IMG/VR virus record: IMGVR_UViG_3300033145_002422
Length of the DNA stretch: 64,000 nt
Direction: 5' to 3' (one strand)
DNA from: a virus
Taxonomy: Duplodnaviria > Caudoviricetes
Positions within the stretch are counted from its first letter, which is position 1. Every line of letters starts with the position of its first letter. The translations under genes and the position numbers were made by a program. Positions 29,436 to 39,749 of the stretch are shown here, in pieces. Under the pieces are notes generated by a model. That model worked only from the letters and a program-made list of their open reading frames with translations. It did no database searches and had not been told where the DNA came from.

Positions 29436-30135
29436 GGTATCTGTTGTTGTTACATTATATAATTACAAGAAATACATTGTTGATTGTATAAACTCTTTTA
29501 TTAAGCAGGATTTTAATGATTCCGAAATGGTTATTGTTGACGATGCATCAACTGATAATCCTCAAGATGTTATTAAACCATTTTTATCTGATAGGATAAG
29601 GTATATTCTACTGGATGAAAACCAGGGATATTCTCACGCCAAGAATGTTGGGATTAAGGCAACTAAGTCGGAGATATTGGTTATGCTTGATGCTGATGAT
29701 ATGCTGACATTCAACAGCATAACAAAGCGTTACGAAAAAATGTTGGAAGGTTTTGATTTTGTTCATGGGCCTGCTCTAGATTTAAAGAGGGGCAATCTAT
29801 CCAAATCTAGAATGTGGAATGATTGGAAGAAAAAGCGTATTTTTAAGTATGTTCATGCTCAAAGTATCATGTTGAAAAAAGATATCCACAGAAAGATAGG
29901 GCTGTATGATGAGGAGTTAAGAAGCAAGTCAGATAGGGAGATGTTCGCTCGTATTTTTCATCATGGTTTTGCTACTTCTTTTGTCAAGAGTACGGTGGCT
30001 ATTTATCGGCATCATCCTAAACAGATGCATAGATCAAAAGAGAAGTTGCGTATTAATGAAAAGCTTCAACGTCAGGTTTTAAAAAAGATAAATAAAAGAA
30101 AGCATGATTTGTCTGGTTTGGAAATGCTAGAATAA
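29425..30135 (+). CDS. Glycosyltransferase family 2
   Basis: VVTLYN, VDDASTD, LDADD, GLYDE..SDREM. Confidence 0.9.
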   Translation: MEYKVSVVVTLYNYKKYIVDCINSFIKQDFNDSEMVIVDDASTDNPQDVIKPFLSDRIRYILLDENQGYSHAKNVGIKATKSEILVMLDADDMLTFNSITKRYEKMLEGFDFVHGPALDLKRGNLSKSRMWNDWKKKRIFKYVHAQSIMLKKDIHRKIGLYDEELRSKSDREMFARIFHHGFATSFVKSTVAIYRHHPKQMHRSKEKLRINEKLQRQVLKKINKRKHDLSGLEMLE

Positions 30136-30152
30136 ATATAAGGGATAATTAT

Positions 30153-31154
30153 ATGCAGGTTAAACCTAGAAGTTATACTGAGTTAGTTGGTGCCAGCAAT
30201 GGTAAGTTGCAGACAATGAAAACTCTAGTTCTTCGCAAACCATTGAGCCTTAATAAGCAAAATCAGAAACTTAAAAAACCATCTATCTGCATTGTTTGTA
30301 ATTATACATTTTATGAAAAAAAAATGAATTGGAGTAAAAAAGTAAAAGCTATTTGTCATCCATTCCATAATGATAATATATTCCCATCTTCAATTCCAAA
30401 GTTTTTGTTATCAGAATCTGATTTTTGTGATCAATTAGTAACAGTTACTAATGTTAAAAAATCAAAATTTGAAAAAATGAAATATGATTTTATATATTTT
30501 ACTTTACTATCAACCCAGGGAATAAATTGCAAAGGTTTGTATATGCTTGATATTATTAATAATGCGGCTGTTGACGCTGGACTTAAGGGGCTAATCGTTA
30601 ATTACAATTCTGGTTCATCTAATACAAAAAAATATAAAACTCAACTTAATGATTTGAAATTAGCTAAAAGTAGATGGAAGAATCTTAGTAGTTGCAAATG
30701 TATGTCTCAATGTTTGACAGGTGGAAGCGTATGTGCAGCAATGAAAGCGGCAAAATTTGTTTTATTTCCTAATACATCAGATGCTAGCCCTCGACTTATC
30801 GTAGAATCAATAGTTAGAGGTAGACCAGTATTGGTTAATGAGAATATATATGGGGGTTGGAAATATATTAATAAAAATACAGGAAGGTTTTTTAAAGCTC
30901 CTTCTATTGAAGAATATAAGAAATGTGATTTATCTGCTTATACAAAAAAATTGAGTGAATCGATGAAATCTATGACTGAAATAGATCAAAAAAAAATAAA
31001 ACCTGAATATTACAAAGAATATGGTTTTTTGAATACAAGTAAAAGACTTGCTGATATAATTTATCAGACAACTGGTGAAAAATATGATTTAGTTTGTTTT
31101 AAAGAATGGAAAGAAATTTTGAGAGGAGTTGCAAAGAATGAAGGTTTCATTTAA
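30153..31154 (+). CDS. GT-B fold glycosyltransferase-like protein
   Basis: FPNTSDASPRLIVESIVRGRPVLVN. Confidence 0.65.
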   Translation: MQVKPRSYTELVGASNGKLQTMKTLVLRKPLSLNKQNQKLKKPSICIVCNYTFYEKKMNWSKKVKAICHPFHNDNIFPSSIPKFLLSESDFCDQLVTVTNVKKSKFEKMKYDFIYFTLLSTQGINCKGLYMLDIINNAAVDAGLKGLIVNYNSGSSNTKKYKTQLNDLKLAKSRWKNLSSCKCMSQCLTGGSVCAAMKAAKFVLFPNTSDASPRLIVESIVRGRPVLVNENIYGGWKYINKNTGRFFKAPSIEEYKKCDLSAYTKKLSESMKSMTEIDQKKIKPEYYKEYGFLNTSKRLADIIYQTTGEKYDLVCFKEWKEILRGVAKNEGFI

Positions 31155-32052
31155 TATTGATATAGGTGCAAAAGATGCAGATTCTGGTAAAGGAAAGTTC
31201 CTTTTGAGACTTTCTCATGCAATGTCTGATCTTGGAGTTGATATCGTTAATAAAAAAGCAGATATTAATTTGATTTTGCCTTGTGAAAAAATGGATAAAA
31301 AAGCTAAGGTTAATATTGTTAGGGTTGATGGGTTAATTTTGAATTCTGCTCAAAATTATAAACAGAAAAATAATTTATTAGTAAAATCTATGAAGAATGC
31401 AGATGCTATTATATATCAAACAAAATTTTGTTACACAGCATATAAAAAATTTTTAAGAATAAAAAAAGAGTATGCTATTATTGTTAATGGAGCTGATCCT
31501 AACGAGTTTTTACAAAGGAATGTTAAAAACTTTTTTCTTGCTAGTTGTAAGTGGAGACCGCATAAGAGGCTGAAAGAAATTGTAAAGTGTTTTTTGTTAT
31601 CTCTTGATTCTGGATTAGATTCATATTTAATTGTAACTGGAAAACCAGATTATATAAAAAAACATCCAAGAATTAAATATGTTGGTTGGCAGGGAATAAA
31701 TGAATTAAAGGTTTATTTGTCAGAAGCAATAGCTAGTTTACATCTAACATGGCTAGATTGGTGTCCTAACTCTATGGTAGAATCTATTGTAGCTGGGTGC
31801 CCAGTTATTTATACAGATTCTGGTGGGCATTCTGAAATTGGTGGAGATAATACTGGTGTTTCTATTCCTGATATTCAATGGGATTTTAAACCATGTAAAC
31901 TTTATAATCCCCCATCTCTTAATTCCGATTTAGTAGTAGAAGCAATGCTTAGAATGAAAAAAGAAAAAATTGTTATTTTGAAGCCTGAACTTTATATAGA
32001 AAATGTTGCAAAAAAATATATAGAGTATTTTAATTATTTATTGGAGAAATAA
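31129..32052 (+). CDS. Glycosyltransferase family 4-like
   Basis: RVDG, IIVNGAD, WRPHKRL, DWCPNSMVESIVAG; probable start 31138. Confidence 0.88.
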   Translation: MQRMKVSFNIDIGAKDADSGKGKFLLRLSHAMSDLGVDIVNKKADINLILPCEKMDKKAKVNIVRVDGLILNSAQNYKQKNNLLVKSMKNADAIIYQTKFCYTAYKKFLRIKKEYAIIVNGADPNEFLQRNVKNFFLASCKWRPHKRLKEIVKCFLLSLDSGLDSYLIVTGKPDYIKKHPRIKYVGWQGINELKVYLSEAIASLHLTWLDWCPNSMVESIVAGCPVIYTDSGGHSEIGGDNTGVSIPDIQWDFKPCKLYNPPSLNSDLVVEAMLRMKKEKIVILKPELYIENVAKKYIEYFNYLLEK

Positions 32053-32056
32053 CTGT

Positions 32057-32632
32057 ATGAAAGTTTTTATAGATTTAGGAGCATTTAATGGTGATACCAT
32101 TAAAAAAGCTATAGTTGTATATCCTGATTTTGATAAATATATTGGTTTTGAACCTGTTCCTTCTCTTTATAAAAAAGCAGCGAAGAGGCTAAATAAATAT
32201 TCTAAAGTTAAATTATATAAAAAAGCAGCTTCAACTTCTACAAAAAGTGTTAATCTTTTTTTGAATTATGTAAGAGGTAAGAAGGGTATTATGGGAAGCG
32301 GTTCGACATTATGTAAAACTAAAACTAGTGGAAATATTAATATTAAAAGATTTATTAAAGTAAAATCAATAGATTTTTCTGAATATCTTGAGAATAATTT
32401 TGCTAAAGATGATTTTATAGTTCTTAAGGTGGATATTGAGGGGGAAGAATATCCATTGTTTGAATATCTTATTAAAACTGGTACTATATCTTATATTAAT
32501 AAAATATATTGTGAATGGCATTATAAGAAGATTGGATTTGATAAAGATAAACATAAAAAAATTGTTAAAAGTCTTAGAGAGTTGGGATATAAGCTTACTG
32601 GAAATAGTATAAAAGATGAGTTTAAAAAATAA
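32057..32632 (+). CDS. FkbM-family methyltransferase
   Basis: IDLGAFNG, GFEP, LKVDIEGEEY, EWH. Confidence 0.88.
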   Translation: MKVFIDLGAFNGDTIKKAIVVYPDFDKYIGFEPVPSLYKKAAKRLNKYSKVKLYKKAASTSTKSVNLFLNYVRGKKGIMGSGSTLCKTKTSGNINIKRFIKVKSIDFSEYLENNFAKDDFIVLKVDIEGEEYPLFEYLIKTGTISYINKIYCEWHYKKIGFDKDKHKKIVKSLRELGYKLTGNSIKDEFKK

Positions 32633-32643
32633 TAAAATAGGAG

Positions 32644-33276
32644 ATGGATATGGGAATAGGGATAACTCAATTTAAATTTATAGAAAAATGTATTAATGAG
32701 TGTAGTGATAATCCTCATACAATGTTGGAGCTTGGAAATCAAAGATTAAAAAGAGGTTTAGATAAAAAGTTAGGTTTTAAAACTGCAAAATGTTATTATG
32801 AATCTGTTGGTTTTGAACATGTATCATTTGATTTAAATGGAAAGGATGGAGCGATTCCGTTTGATTTATCCAATATAATAAAAGATACTAAATATTATAA
32901 TTATTTTGATGTTATAACAAATTCTGGTACTTCAGAGCATGTAGAGCCATTCAAGAGACAATATGAATGTTTTAAAAATATACATTTATGTATGAAAAAA
33001 AATAGTCTTGCTATTCATATTGTTCCAGAATATAAAACATGGCTTAAGCATTCAAATATTTACTATAGAAAAATATTTTGGGAAACTTTGATAGAATTAA
33101 ATAAGTATAAAATGATTTTTTTAGAGACTATAACGAAGGAAGACAAAAAAAAGTTCTTAGCCTGTTGCTATAGAAAAGAAAATGATTTGCCATTTACAAA
33201 TGATAGAGATTTAATATTAAAGAATATATTTTATAAAAAAGGGAATAGGAGATCTTCTTATTCTAAGATAAAATAA
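32644..33276 (+). CDS. Class I SAM-dependent methyltransferase
   Basis: MLELGNQ, SFDLNG, FDVITNSGTSEHV. Confidence 0.75.
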   Translation: MDMGIGITQFKFIEKCINECSDNPHTMLELGNQRLKRGLDKKLGFKTAKCYYESVGFEHVSFDLNGKDGAIPFDLSNIIKDTKYYNYFDVITNSGTSEHVEPFKRQYECFKNIHLCMKKNSLAIHIVPEYKTWLKHSNIYYRKIFWETLIELNKYKMIFLETITKEDKKKFLACCYRKENDLPFTNDRDLILKNIFYKKGNRRSSYSKIK

Positions 33277-33300
33277 CTATCGTATAAAAAGGAGATAATT

Positions 33301-34254
33301 ATTAAAATTTTATTTATTTATACAGATTATTTTGACAGAAGGAGAAAATACGGGGAGATGCTTTCTAAACTCGGTCATAACGTTATTTGGAAAACTGTTA
33401 TTAGTAAGAACAAAAAGAGAACAATATCAAAAAAATTCATAGATTCTGTCAAACCGGATTTGATATGGTTTTCTAATCCTTTTCTTGTAGAATCCAATAA
33501 AAAAGCAATAGATTATGCAAGAAATAAAAAAATAAAAACAGTTGTATATAGCTCTTTTCATGTAGGAATTCCATATACTAGTTGGGGGGCAGTTTGGAAA
33601 AGAATAGATTATATATTTATTCATCATACAGGTTGTGTAAATTGGTTGAAATCTCATGGATATAATGGTTATTTTATGCCTCTTGCTTTTTATCCAAATC
33701 AATACTATAAGACTAGTTTAGGTAAAAAATACGATGTATCATTTTGTGGAAATAGTTTAACAGAATTCAATACATCTAAAGATAAGAGAGTTAAATATTT
33801 AAAGTCTATTAAAGATTTTTATCCTGCTGTATATGGATACAGGTTCAGGTCTAAATTGAAGAAAGTAAAAGAAATTAATGTGTATGACTATGGTAGTCAT
33901 AACACTCAAAGAAAAGTTTATGGAAAAACTAAAATAAATTTAGATCTTCCATTTTTTAATTCAACTTGTTCTTTTTATAAGAATGATTATCATATGAAAA
34001 ATAGGCTTTTTGAAGTGCCTGCTACTGGAAATTTTTTATTAACAGTAAGACATCCAGAATTCGTAAATATTTTTGATGAGACAATGGTTGGATATTATGA
34101 TGATAATATAGAATCTCTTAAGGAAAATATAGAAAAGTATTTAGTAGATGAAAAATTGAGAAAATCAATGGCAGCTAGAGCTTATAAAGTTGTTAATGAA
34201 AAACATACATTTTTGCATAGATTTAAAGATATGCTTAATATAATTGAAAGATAG
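33301..34254 (+). CDS. CgeB-like glycosyltransferase; possible ATT start at 33301 (first ATG 33358)
   Basis: YDVSFCG, KINL, NRLFEVPATG, HTFLHR; AAGGAG 6 nt before in-frame ATT. Confidence 0.8.
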   Translation: MKILFIYTDYFDRRRKYGEMLSKLGHNVIWKTVISKNKKRTISKKFIDSVKPDLIWFSNPFLVESNKKAIDYARNKKIKTVVYSSFHVGIPYTSWGAVWKRIDYIFIHHTGCVNWLKSHGYNGYFMPLAFYPNQYYKTSLGKKYDVSFCGNSLTEFNTSKDKRVKYLKSIKDFYPAVYGYRFRSKLKKVKEINVYDYGSHNTQRKVYGKTKINLDLPFFNSTCSFYKNDYHMKNRLFEVPATGNFLLTVRHPEFVNIFDETMVGYYDDNIESLKENIEKYLVDEKLRKSMAARAYKVVNEKHTFLHRFKDMLNIIER

Positions 34255-34273
34255 ATATAAGGGAATTAAATTT

Positions 34274-35122
34274 ATGAAAATAAAAAATAAAAATATAGAT
34301 GGTTTTCAAATGTCTTTATATAAAAATGTAGCAGGTATATCGTCTGATTTACTTGCAGGAGGTATTAGAGAGCCAGAATTTATGTGGATATTAAAAAATG
34401 AAGCAAAAGGGGAACTTGCAATAGATATTGGAGCGAATATAGGATATACAACTTTATATTTATGTCAAAGGATGAATAGGGTAATAGCTATAGAACCTGA
34501 CAAACGTAGTAGAAAACTTTTGAAGTTGAATATAAAAAATAATGGGTTTTCTGATAAGACATCGATACATAATTTTGCCATATCTGATAAGAAAGGTGAA
34601 CATAAAATATACTATGCTCCCAAACCTAATTTGACAACGCTTAATAAACCTGTAAATTCAATAGCAAAACATATTAAGGGGGTAATAAAAACAAAGACTA
34701 TAGATCAGTTGGGCATATTACCTGATTTTGTTAAAATGGATATAGAGGGATTCGAAGTCGAAGCTCTTTTAGGGGGAATGGATACGTTTAATAAAACGCC
34801 TCATTGTAAAATATTATTGGAGGTTCATCCTCAGTTTTATTCTGAAGAACATAATTTTGCTTCGGTTCTGGAAAAATTAGTAAGTATAGGATATAGGTTT
34901 AAATATATCACATCTGCTGGAATATCTTGCCCAACACGTTTTAAAGAAAAAGGGTATTCTCCTTTTTCTATTTTTAAATGCGGAGAATGGGAAAGAGGGA
35001 TATTCAGAGACATAAAATCGGAGGATGCTATAGATTTTAGTACTAATAGATATACTGAATTTGTTCCAGAACTTAACAAAGCAACGAATAAAATCGTTAG
35101 AGCTATTATGCTAGAGAAATAA
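34274..35122 (+). CDS. FkbM-family methyltransferase
   Basis: IDIGANIGY, AIEPD, VKMDIEGFE, EVHP. Confidence 0.9.
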   Translation: MKIKNKNIDGFQMSLYKNVAGISSDLLAGGIREPEFMWILKNEAKGELAIDIGANIGYTTLYLCQRMNRVIAIEPDKRSRKLLKLNIKNNGFSDKTSIHNFAISDKKGEHKIYYAPKPNLTTLNKPVNSIAKHIKGVIKTKTIDQLGILPDFVKMDIEGFEVEALLGGMDTFNKTPHCKILLEVHPQFYSEEHNFASVLEKLVSIGYRFKYITSAGISCPTRFKEKGYSPFSIFKCGEWERGIFRDIKSEDAIDFSTNRYTEFVPELNKATNKIVRAIMLEK

Positions 35123-35123
35123 A

Positions 35124-35897
35124 ATGAGCATTATACGCCAATGCCGAATGAATAAGGGGGCAAAAAAAACATTTTCATCGTTTCAAAAAAGGTACGGATT
35201 AAAATCTAAGATTAGGACTGACAAACCGTGTATTTTTTTTGGAATATATTGGAATGATCTTGAATCACTATTATGCCACAAATCATTAGCTATAGCTATC
35301 TGGAGAGGTTCTGATATTCTAAGGAAAGATAGTCTAAAACTGTGCAAAAATAAAAATAAAATTAAACATGTTGCTATCTCTTCTTTTATAGAAAAAGATT
35401 TAAAAGATGCAGGAATCCCTTATCGGTTTATACCTATTACTGGTTCAGACCCAGACATGTTTACTCCGTGTCCTTTAGGAGATGAAATTTATGCCTATAT
35501 TCCTAGAGATAGGTATAGGTTTTATGGAGGCTCTATTGTTGACGAAATAAGAACGAAGTGCAAATTTAAAATTAATATTGTTGATGACGCTTCTAAAATG
35601 CCTAGATCTGATTTGATTGATCTTTATAAAAAGTGTTTTCTTGGGTTGAGATTTACTCCTCATGATGGGATAGCAAATTCTGTTATTGAGATGGGATTGA
35701 TGGGAAGGAAATGCATATATAATGATTTAAAAGTACCTAATACACTTTCGTGGGATGCTAAAAATATTGTAGATATATTAAATAAAATAGAGTTGGAATC
35801 CAGAAACATAGGCAAAGTAAATGATGACGTTGCTGAAAGTATAAGGAGATATGTCGATATCGGAAAAGACTGGTTAAATACTAAATATTGGAGATAA
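35124..35897 (+). CDS. Putative glycosyltransferase-like protein (paralog of 37724..38500)
   Basis: FFGIY, WRGSD, HVAISSFI, GLRFTPHDGIANSVIEMGL. Confidence 0.6.
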   Translation: MSIIRQCRMNKGAKKTFSSFQKRYGLKSKIRTDKPCIFFGIYWNDLESLLCHKSLAIAIWRGSDILRKDSLKLCKNKNKIKHVAISSFIEKDLKDAGIPYRFIPITGSDPDMFTPCPLGDEIYAYIPRDRYRFYGGSIVDEIRTKCKFKINIVDDASKMPRSDLIDLYKKCFLGLRFTPHDGIANSVIEMGLMGRKCIYNDLKVPNTLSWDAKNIVDILNKIELESRNIGKVNDDVAESIRRYVDIGKDWLNTKYWR

Positions 35898-35934
35898 ATG
35901 AAGGTATAGGGGGATAAATTCAGTATTTTACTGA

Positions 35935-36732
35935 ATGGAGCCACTTGTATCTTTCGTTATTCCATTGTATAATTACAAAAAATATATTGGTTATTGTATC
36001 CAGTCTTTGCTTAATCAGACTTATAATAATTTGGAAATTATAGTTGTTGATGACTGTTCTACTGATTCGTCTGTAGAAAAGGTAAAGCAATTTTCAGACC
36101 CTAGAATTCAAATTATAGAATTAAAGAAGAATGGTGGATATTCAGCAGCAAAGAATCATGGTATTATTAGATCTAAGGGCGATCTTATATGCGTCCTTGA
36201 TGCTGATGATATGTTGACTAAAGATTCTGTAGCTTTAAGGGTTGATAAAATAGAACAATCTAAATTAGATTTTTTATCAGCTAATGCAATAGCAGTTTAT
36301 GGATGTATATCGTTAAATGATTGTTACAATATTAATGTTTCAAAGATTCCAATATTTTCGCCAAAATTGCATCTAAAGAAAAAGAATTCTTTGGAGCGAT
36401 TCTCAACACCTTATAATATTCATGCACAAACTGTTATGGTTAGGAGAAGTGTTTATAACAAGTTCGGACTGTATGATGAAAGACTTCGTTCGAGATCAGA
36501 CAGGGAAATGTGGTGGCGATTTTTTGGGCAGAAGACTGGCGACAAGGAACATATTTCTAGAACTTTCTTAGATTATCCGGTTGTTTATTATAGATATCAC
36601 GATAAGTCAATGACAACTAAAAGAAATAAAGATAAAAGATACGATAAAGAAGTAAGAAGTTTAGCGAAAAAAGCGTATAAACTGAGAATCAATGGTATAA
36701 CCAGGGACAATACAAGGATGGAAGAATTATGA
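35935..36732 (+). CDS. Glycosyltransferase family 2
   Basis: VIPLYN, VDDCSTD, LDADD, HAQT, GLYDE..SDREM. Confidence 0.9.
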   Translation: MEPLVSFVIPLYNYKKYIGYCIQSLLNQTYNNLEIIVVDDCSTDSSVEKVKQFSDPRIQIIELKKNGGYSAAKNHGIIRSKGDLICVLDADDMLTKDSVALRVDKIEQSKLDFLSANAIAVYGCISLNDCYNINVSKIPIFSPKLHLKKKNSLERFSTPYNIHAQTVMVRRSVYNKFGLYDERLRSRSDREMWWRFFGQKTGDKEHISRTFLDYPVVYYRYHDKSMTTKRNKDKRYDKEVRSLAKKAYKLRINGITRDNTRMEEL

Positions 36733-37724
36733 AAGTATCTTTTGTAATGCCAACATTTAAACATCATGAATTTATTAGTGAGTCTATTAAATCTATCCTG
36801 TCTCAAACTTATTCTGATTTTGAACTTATTGTTGTTCCTGTTATTGAGGATACAAAAACGATAAAAATACTTAATTCTATGAAGGATAATAGGTTGAAAG
36901 TTATTCCATCTAATTTTGCATTGATAACTCACCAAATGAATTTGGGAATATTATCAGCGAAAGGCGAATATTTTATGATGTTTGCAAGTGACGATTTTCT
37001 TTACAAAGATAGTTTGGAAAAAACATTGAATTTTGCCATAAAGAAAAATGCTGTGGTGACTTATCCTAATTATCACGTTGGGAATCAAAGATTAGATATT
37101 AGGAGACTGTATCGGGCAAAAGAGTTTAGTAAGAGAACTCTTTTCAAAGGAAATTATATTACTGATGTTAGTCTTATAAAAAAAGATGCTTTTATGAAAT
37201 ATTTTCCTATGAAAGTTTCAGATGGTAAATCAAGAATATACAATGTTTACAAGGCATTGGCTGAAGATAAAGAATATTCTTTTAGGATATTTCATTATAA
37301 CCGTCCAACATTCATATATCGTCAACATAGCAATTCTGTTCATTTGAAAGAGAAATCCCAGAGGAAGTTTCAAGCAGTAGAGTTAATATGTTCTGATGCG
37401 CCGGCAGTTTCCAGCTTACCTAGAAAATATTTAAGCAAATTAAAGAAACCAGATTTTGCTGTTTATTTGAATTCTCCAATAGATTATATAAAAAATACAT
37501 CTGCTTTTAAATATAAAAAAGTTATTACTCGTTGGAGAAATGGAGATATGGGCATGTTTAATTCGAATTTATTTCATAGAGTATATAATATTGTAGATAG
37601 CGATTGCATATTGTTTGAGATGGCCTCTTTAGGTACAAGGCATATAATTAAGGAAGCGGAATGGGATCTCAATCAATATGTTGTAGAAGATAATTTAAGA
37701 GATTTATCTGTGGAGGCATATTAA
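36729..37724 (+). CDS. Glycosyltransferase family 2
   Basis: VSFVMPT, SILSQTY..FELIV, ASDD, YRQH. Confidence 0.8.
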   Translation: MKVSFVMPTFKHHEFISESIKSILSQTYSDFELIVVPVIEDTKTIKILNSMKDNRLKVIPSNFALITHQMNLGILSAKGEYFMMFASDDFLYKDSLEKTLNFAIKKNAVVTYPNYHVGNQRLDIRRLYRAKEFSKRTLFKGNYITDVSLIKKDAFMKYFPMKVSDGKSRIYNVYKALAEDKEYSFRIFHYNRPTFIYRQHSNSVHLKEKSQRKFQAVELICSDAPAVSSLPRKYLSKLKKPDFAVYLNSPIDYIKNTSAFKYKKVITRWRNGDMGMFNSNLFHRVYNIVDSDCILFEMASLGTRHIIKEAEWDLNQYVVEDNLRDLSVEAY

Positions 37725-38500
37725 TGAAGATAAACCAATGCTATTTGTCTACAACGGTGAAACATGGTGGGAAATTTGTTAATTTCCCTCAAAAATATGG
37801 TTGCACTAAATATAAGACAAAAGATAAACCAGCATTTTTTTTCGGACTTTATACAGCAGAAGACTTAAAAGTTTTAAAGAATCATAGGTCTATGGCTGTT
37901 GTTATATGGAGGGGAGGAGATGCAACTAGAGAAAAAAATATAAAACTTTCATCTTCTCGACATAATATAAAACATATAGCTATTTCTTCGTTTATTGCTG
38001 ATGATTTAAAATCCACTGGTATAAATTATAAATTTCTACCTATAGTAGGTTCTAATATAAAAAAAATGAAAGCGACTCCTCTTGGTAAATGTATATATGC
38101 GTATGTTCCAAAAAATCATCGTAAGTTCTATGGTGGAGATATAATAGATAAACTTAAAAAAAGAAGCAATTATAAGATTATAGTATCGAGTAGCTCATCT
38201 AGATATAGTAAAAAGAAGATGCTAAATATATATGATAATTGTTTTTGTGGTCTTAGACTAACAGAACATGATGGGATAGCAAATACTGTAATCGAACTTG
38301 GGCTAAAAGGTAGGAAGTGTATTTATAATGGGTGTACTCCAAATGCAATTTGCTGGAATAAAAAAGATATCGATTCTATTTTGCTTAGGATTGATGAAGA
38401 GGCTAAGAAAATAGGTTCTACAAATACAGAATTAGCTAAACAGGTTGCTAAATATATTGATATTGGAGAAGAATGGTTAGATACGAAATATTGGAAATAA
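37724..38500 (+). CDS. Putative glycosyltransferase-like protein (paralog of 35124..35897)
   Basis: FFGLY, WRGGD, HIAISSFI, GLRLTEHDGIANTVIELGL. Confidence 0.6.
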   Translation: MKINQCYLSTTVKHGGKFVNFPQKYGCTKYKTKDKPAFFFGLYTAEDLKVLKNHRSMAVVIWRGGDATREKNIKLSSSRHNIKHIAISSFIADDLKSTGINYKFLPIVGSNIKKMKATPLGKCIYAYVPKNHRKFYGGDIIDKLKKRSNYKIIVSSSSSRYSKKKMLNIYDNCFCGLRLTEHDGIANTVIELGLKGRKCIYNGCTPNAICWNKKDIDSILLRIDEEAKKIGSTNTELAKQVAKYIDIGEEWLDTKYWK

Positions 38501-38519
38501 TATTTATAGGAAATTATAA

Positions 38520-38807
38520 ATGAGTATTCATAAAAGAGAATATAAAAGTTATGATAGTTATCTTGTTGATAGGGTGGCTATTCTTGAGTCCTGTAAGTTT
38601 ATAGATGAAGTTATTTGTGATGCTCCATTAAAAATAACAGAAGAATATTTGGAAGAGCATCGTATAGATTCGGTAATACATGGAAACGATATGAATCCAT
38701 TTTTTTCCGAATGCTATAGCGTTCCTATGCAAAAGGGTATAATGGAATTTTTGCCATATTATGATGGGATATCAACATCTAAGATTATTGAAATAATTAA
38801 AGAGTAA
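38520..38807 (+). pseudogene. C-terminal half of a TagD/ECT-type cytidylyltransferase
   Basis: RVAILESCKFIDEVI..AP, IHGND, GISTSKII; HxGH N-terminal half absent. Confidence 0.7.
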
Positions 38808-38873
38808 AGTAGATTTTGATTTTTTCCGAAAAATTAGATATAAGAGTTATATTTTTAAAGGAGAGTTAATATC

Positions 38874-39740
38874 ATGAATATTGGGTTAATAGGGTATGGA
38901 ATCGTTGGAAAGGCTGTTGAACACGGTTTCAAGGATAAATGTAATGTTTTTATATATGATCCAAAATTGCCTGAAAAAAGTGAGACTTCTATTAAAGATT
39001 TGATTTTAAAAGTTGATTTTGTATTTATTGCTGTCCCTACCCCGATGCTAGATATATATGGAGGTCCATCAGATACATCAATTATGGATAGTGTTATGAC
39101 AGAAGTTAATAATGCTTGTATAGATGTTATTAAGCCGCCTATAATTATTATCAAAAGTGCTATTTTGCCGTCTAGATTAGCAGATTATGCTAAATTTTTC
39201 CCATCATTAAAACTCGTTAAAAGTCCAGAATATTTGACTGATAAAAATTCAATGGATGATTTTGTTAATGCTAAACTTCTTGTTCTTGGTGGAGAAAGGG
39301 AGTATACGGATCAAGTTGAGAAGTTGTTTAAAGAATTTAGTATTTGTAAGCCGTGTAAAGTAGGACATTGTGATTTGATTGCTGCTGGTTTTTTGAAGTA
39401 CATGGAAAACTGCTATTTAGCGATGAAGGTTATTTTTATGAACCAATTTTATGAAGTTCTTAGAAAGTCTGGTTCGAAATCTACATGGGAAGAGGTAGCA
39501 GAAATATTTCATTATGATTCAAGGATGGGAAACAGTCACTACGGCGTTCCTGGTCCAGACGGAGACTTCGGATATGGCGGGAAGTGCCTGCCAAAAGATG
39601 TAAATGGGTTCATATATTATGCTCAATCTCTTGGGTACGATTTGAGTTTGATGAAGGAAGTTTGGAATATAAATATGGATATCCGCAAAGATATAGACTG
39701 GGCTAAAATCGAAGGTGTTGTAACTGAGAAGGATAATTAG
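38874..39740 (+). CDS. ugd: UDP-glucose/GDP-mannose dehydrogenase family
   Basis: GYGIVG, FIAVPTP, SPEYL, KYMEN, GYGGKCLPKD. Confidence 0.88.
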   Translation: MNIGLIGYGIVGKAVEHGFKDKCNVFIYDPKLPEKSETSIKDLILKVDFVFIAVPTPMLDIYGGPSDTSIMDSVMTEVNNACIDVIKPPIIIIKSAILPSRLADYAKFFPSLKLVKSPEYLTDKNSMDDFVNAKLLVLGGEREYTDQVEKLFKEFSICKPCKVGHCDLIAAGFLKYMENCYLAMKVIFMNQFYEVLRKSGSKSTWEEVAEIFHYDSRMGNSHYGVPGPDGDFGYGGKCLPKDVNGFIYYAQSLGYDLSLMKEVWNINMDIRKDIDWAKIEGVVTEKDN

Positions 39741-39749
39741 GAGGTTTAC

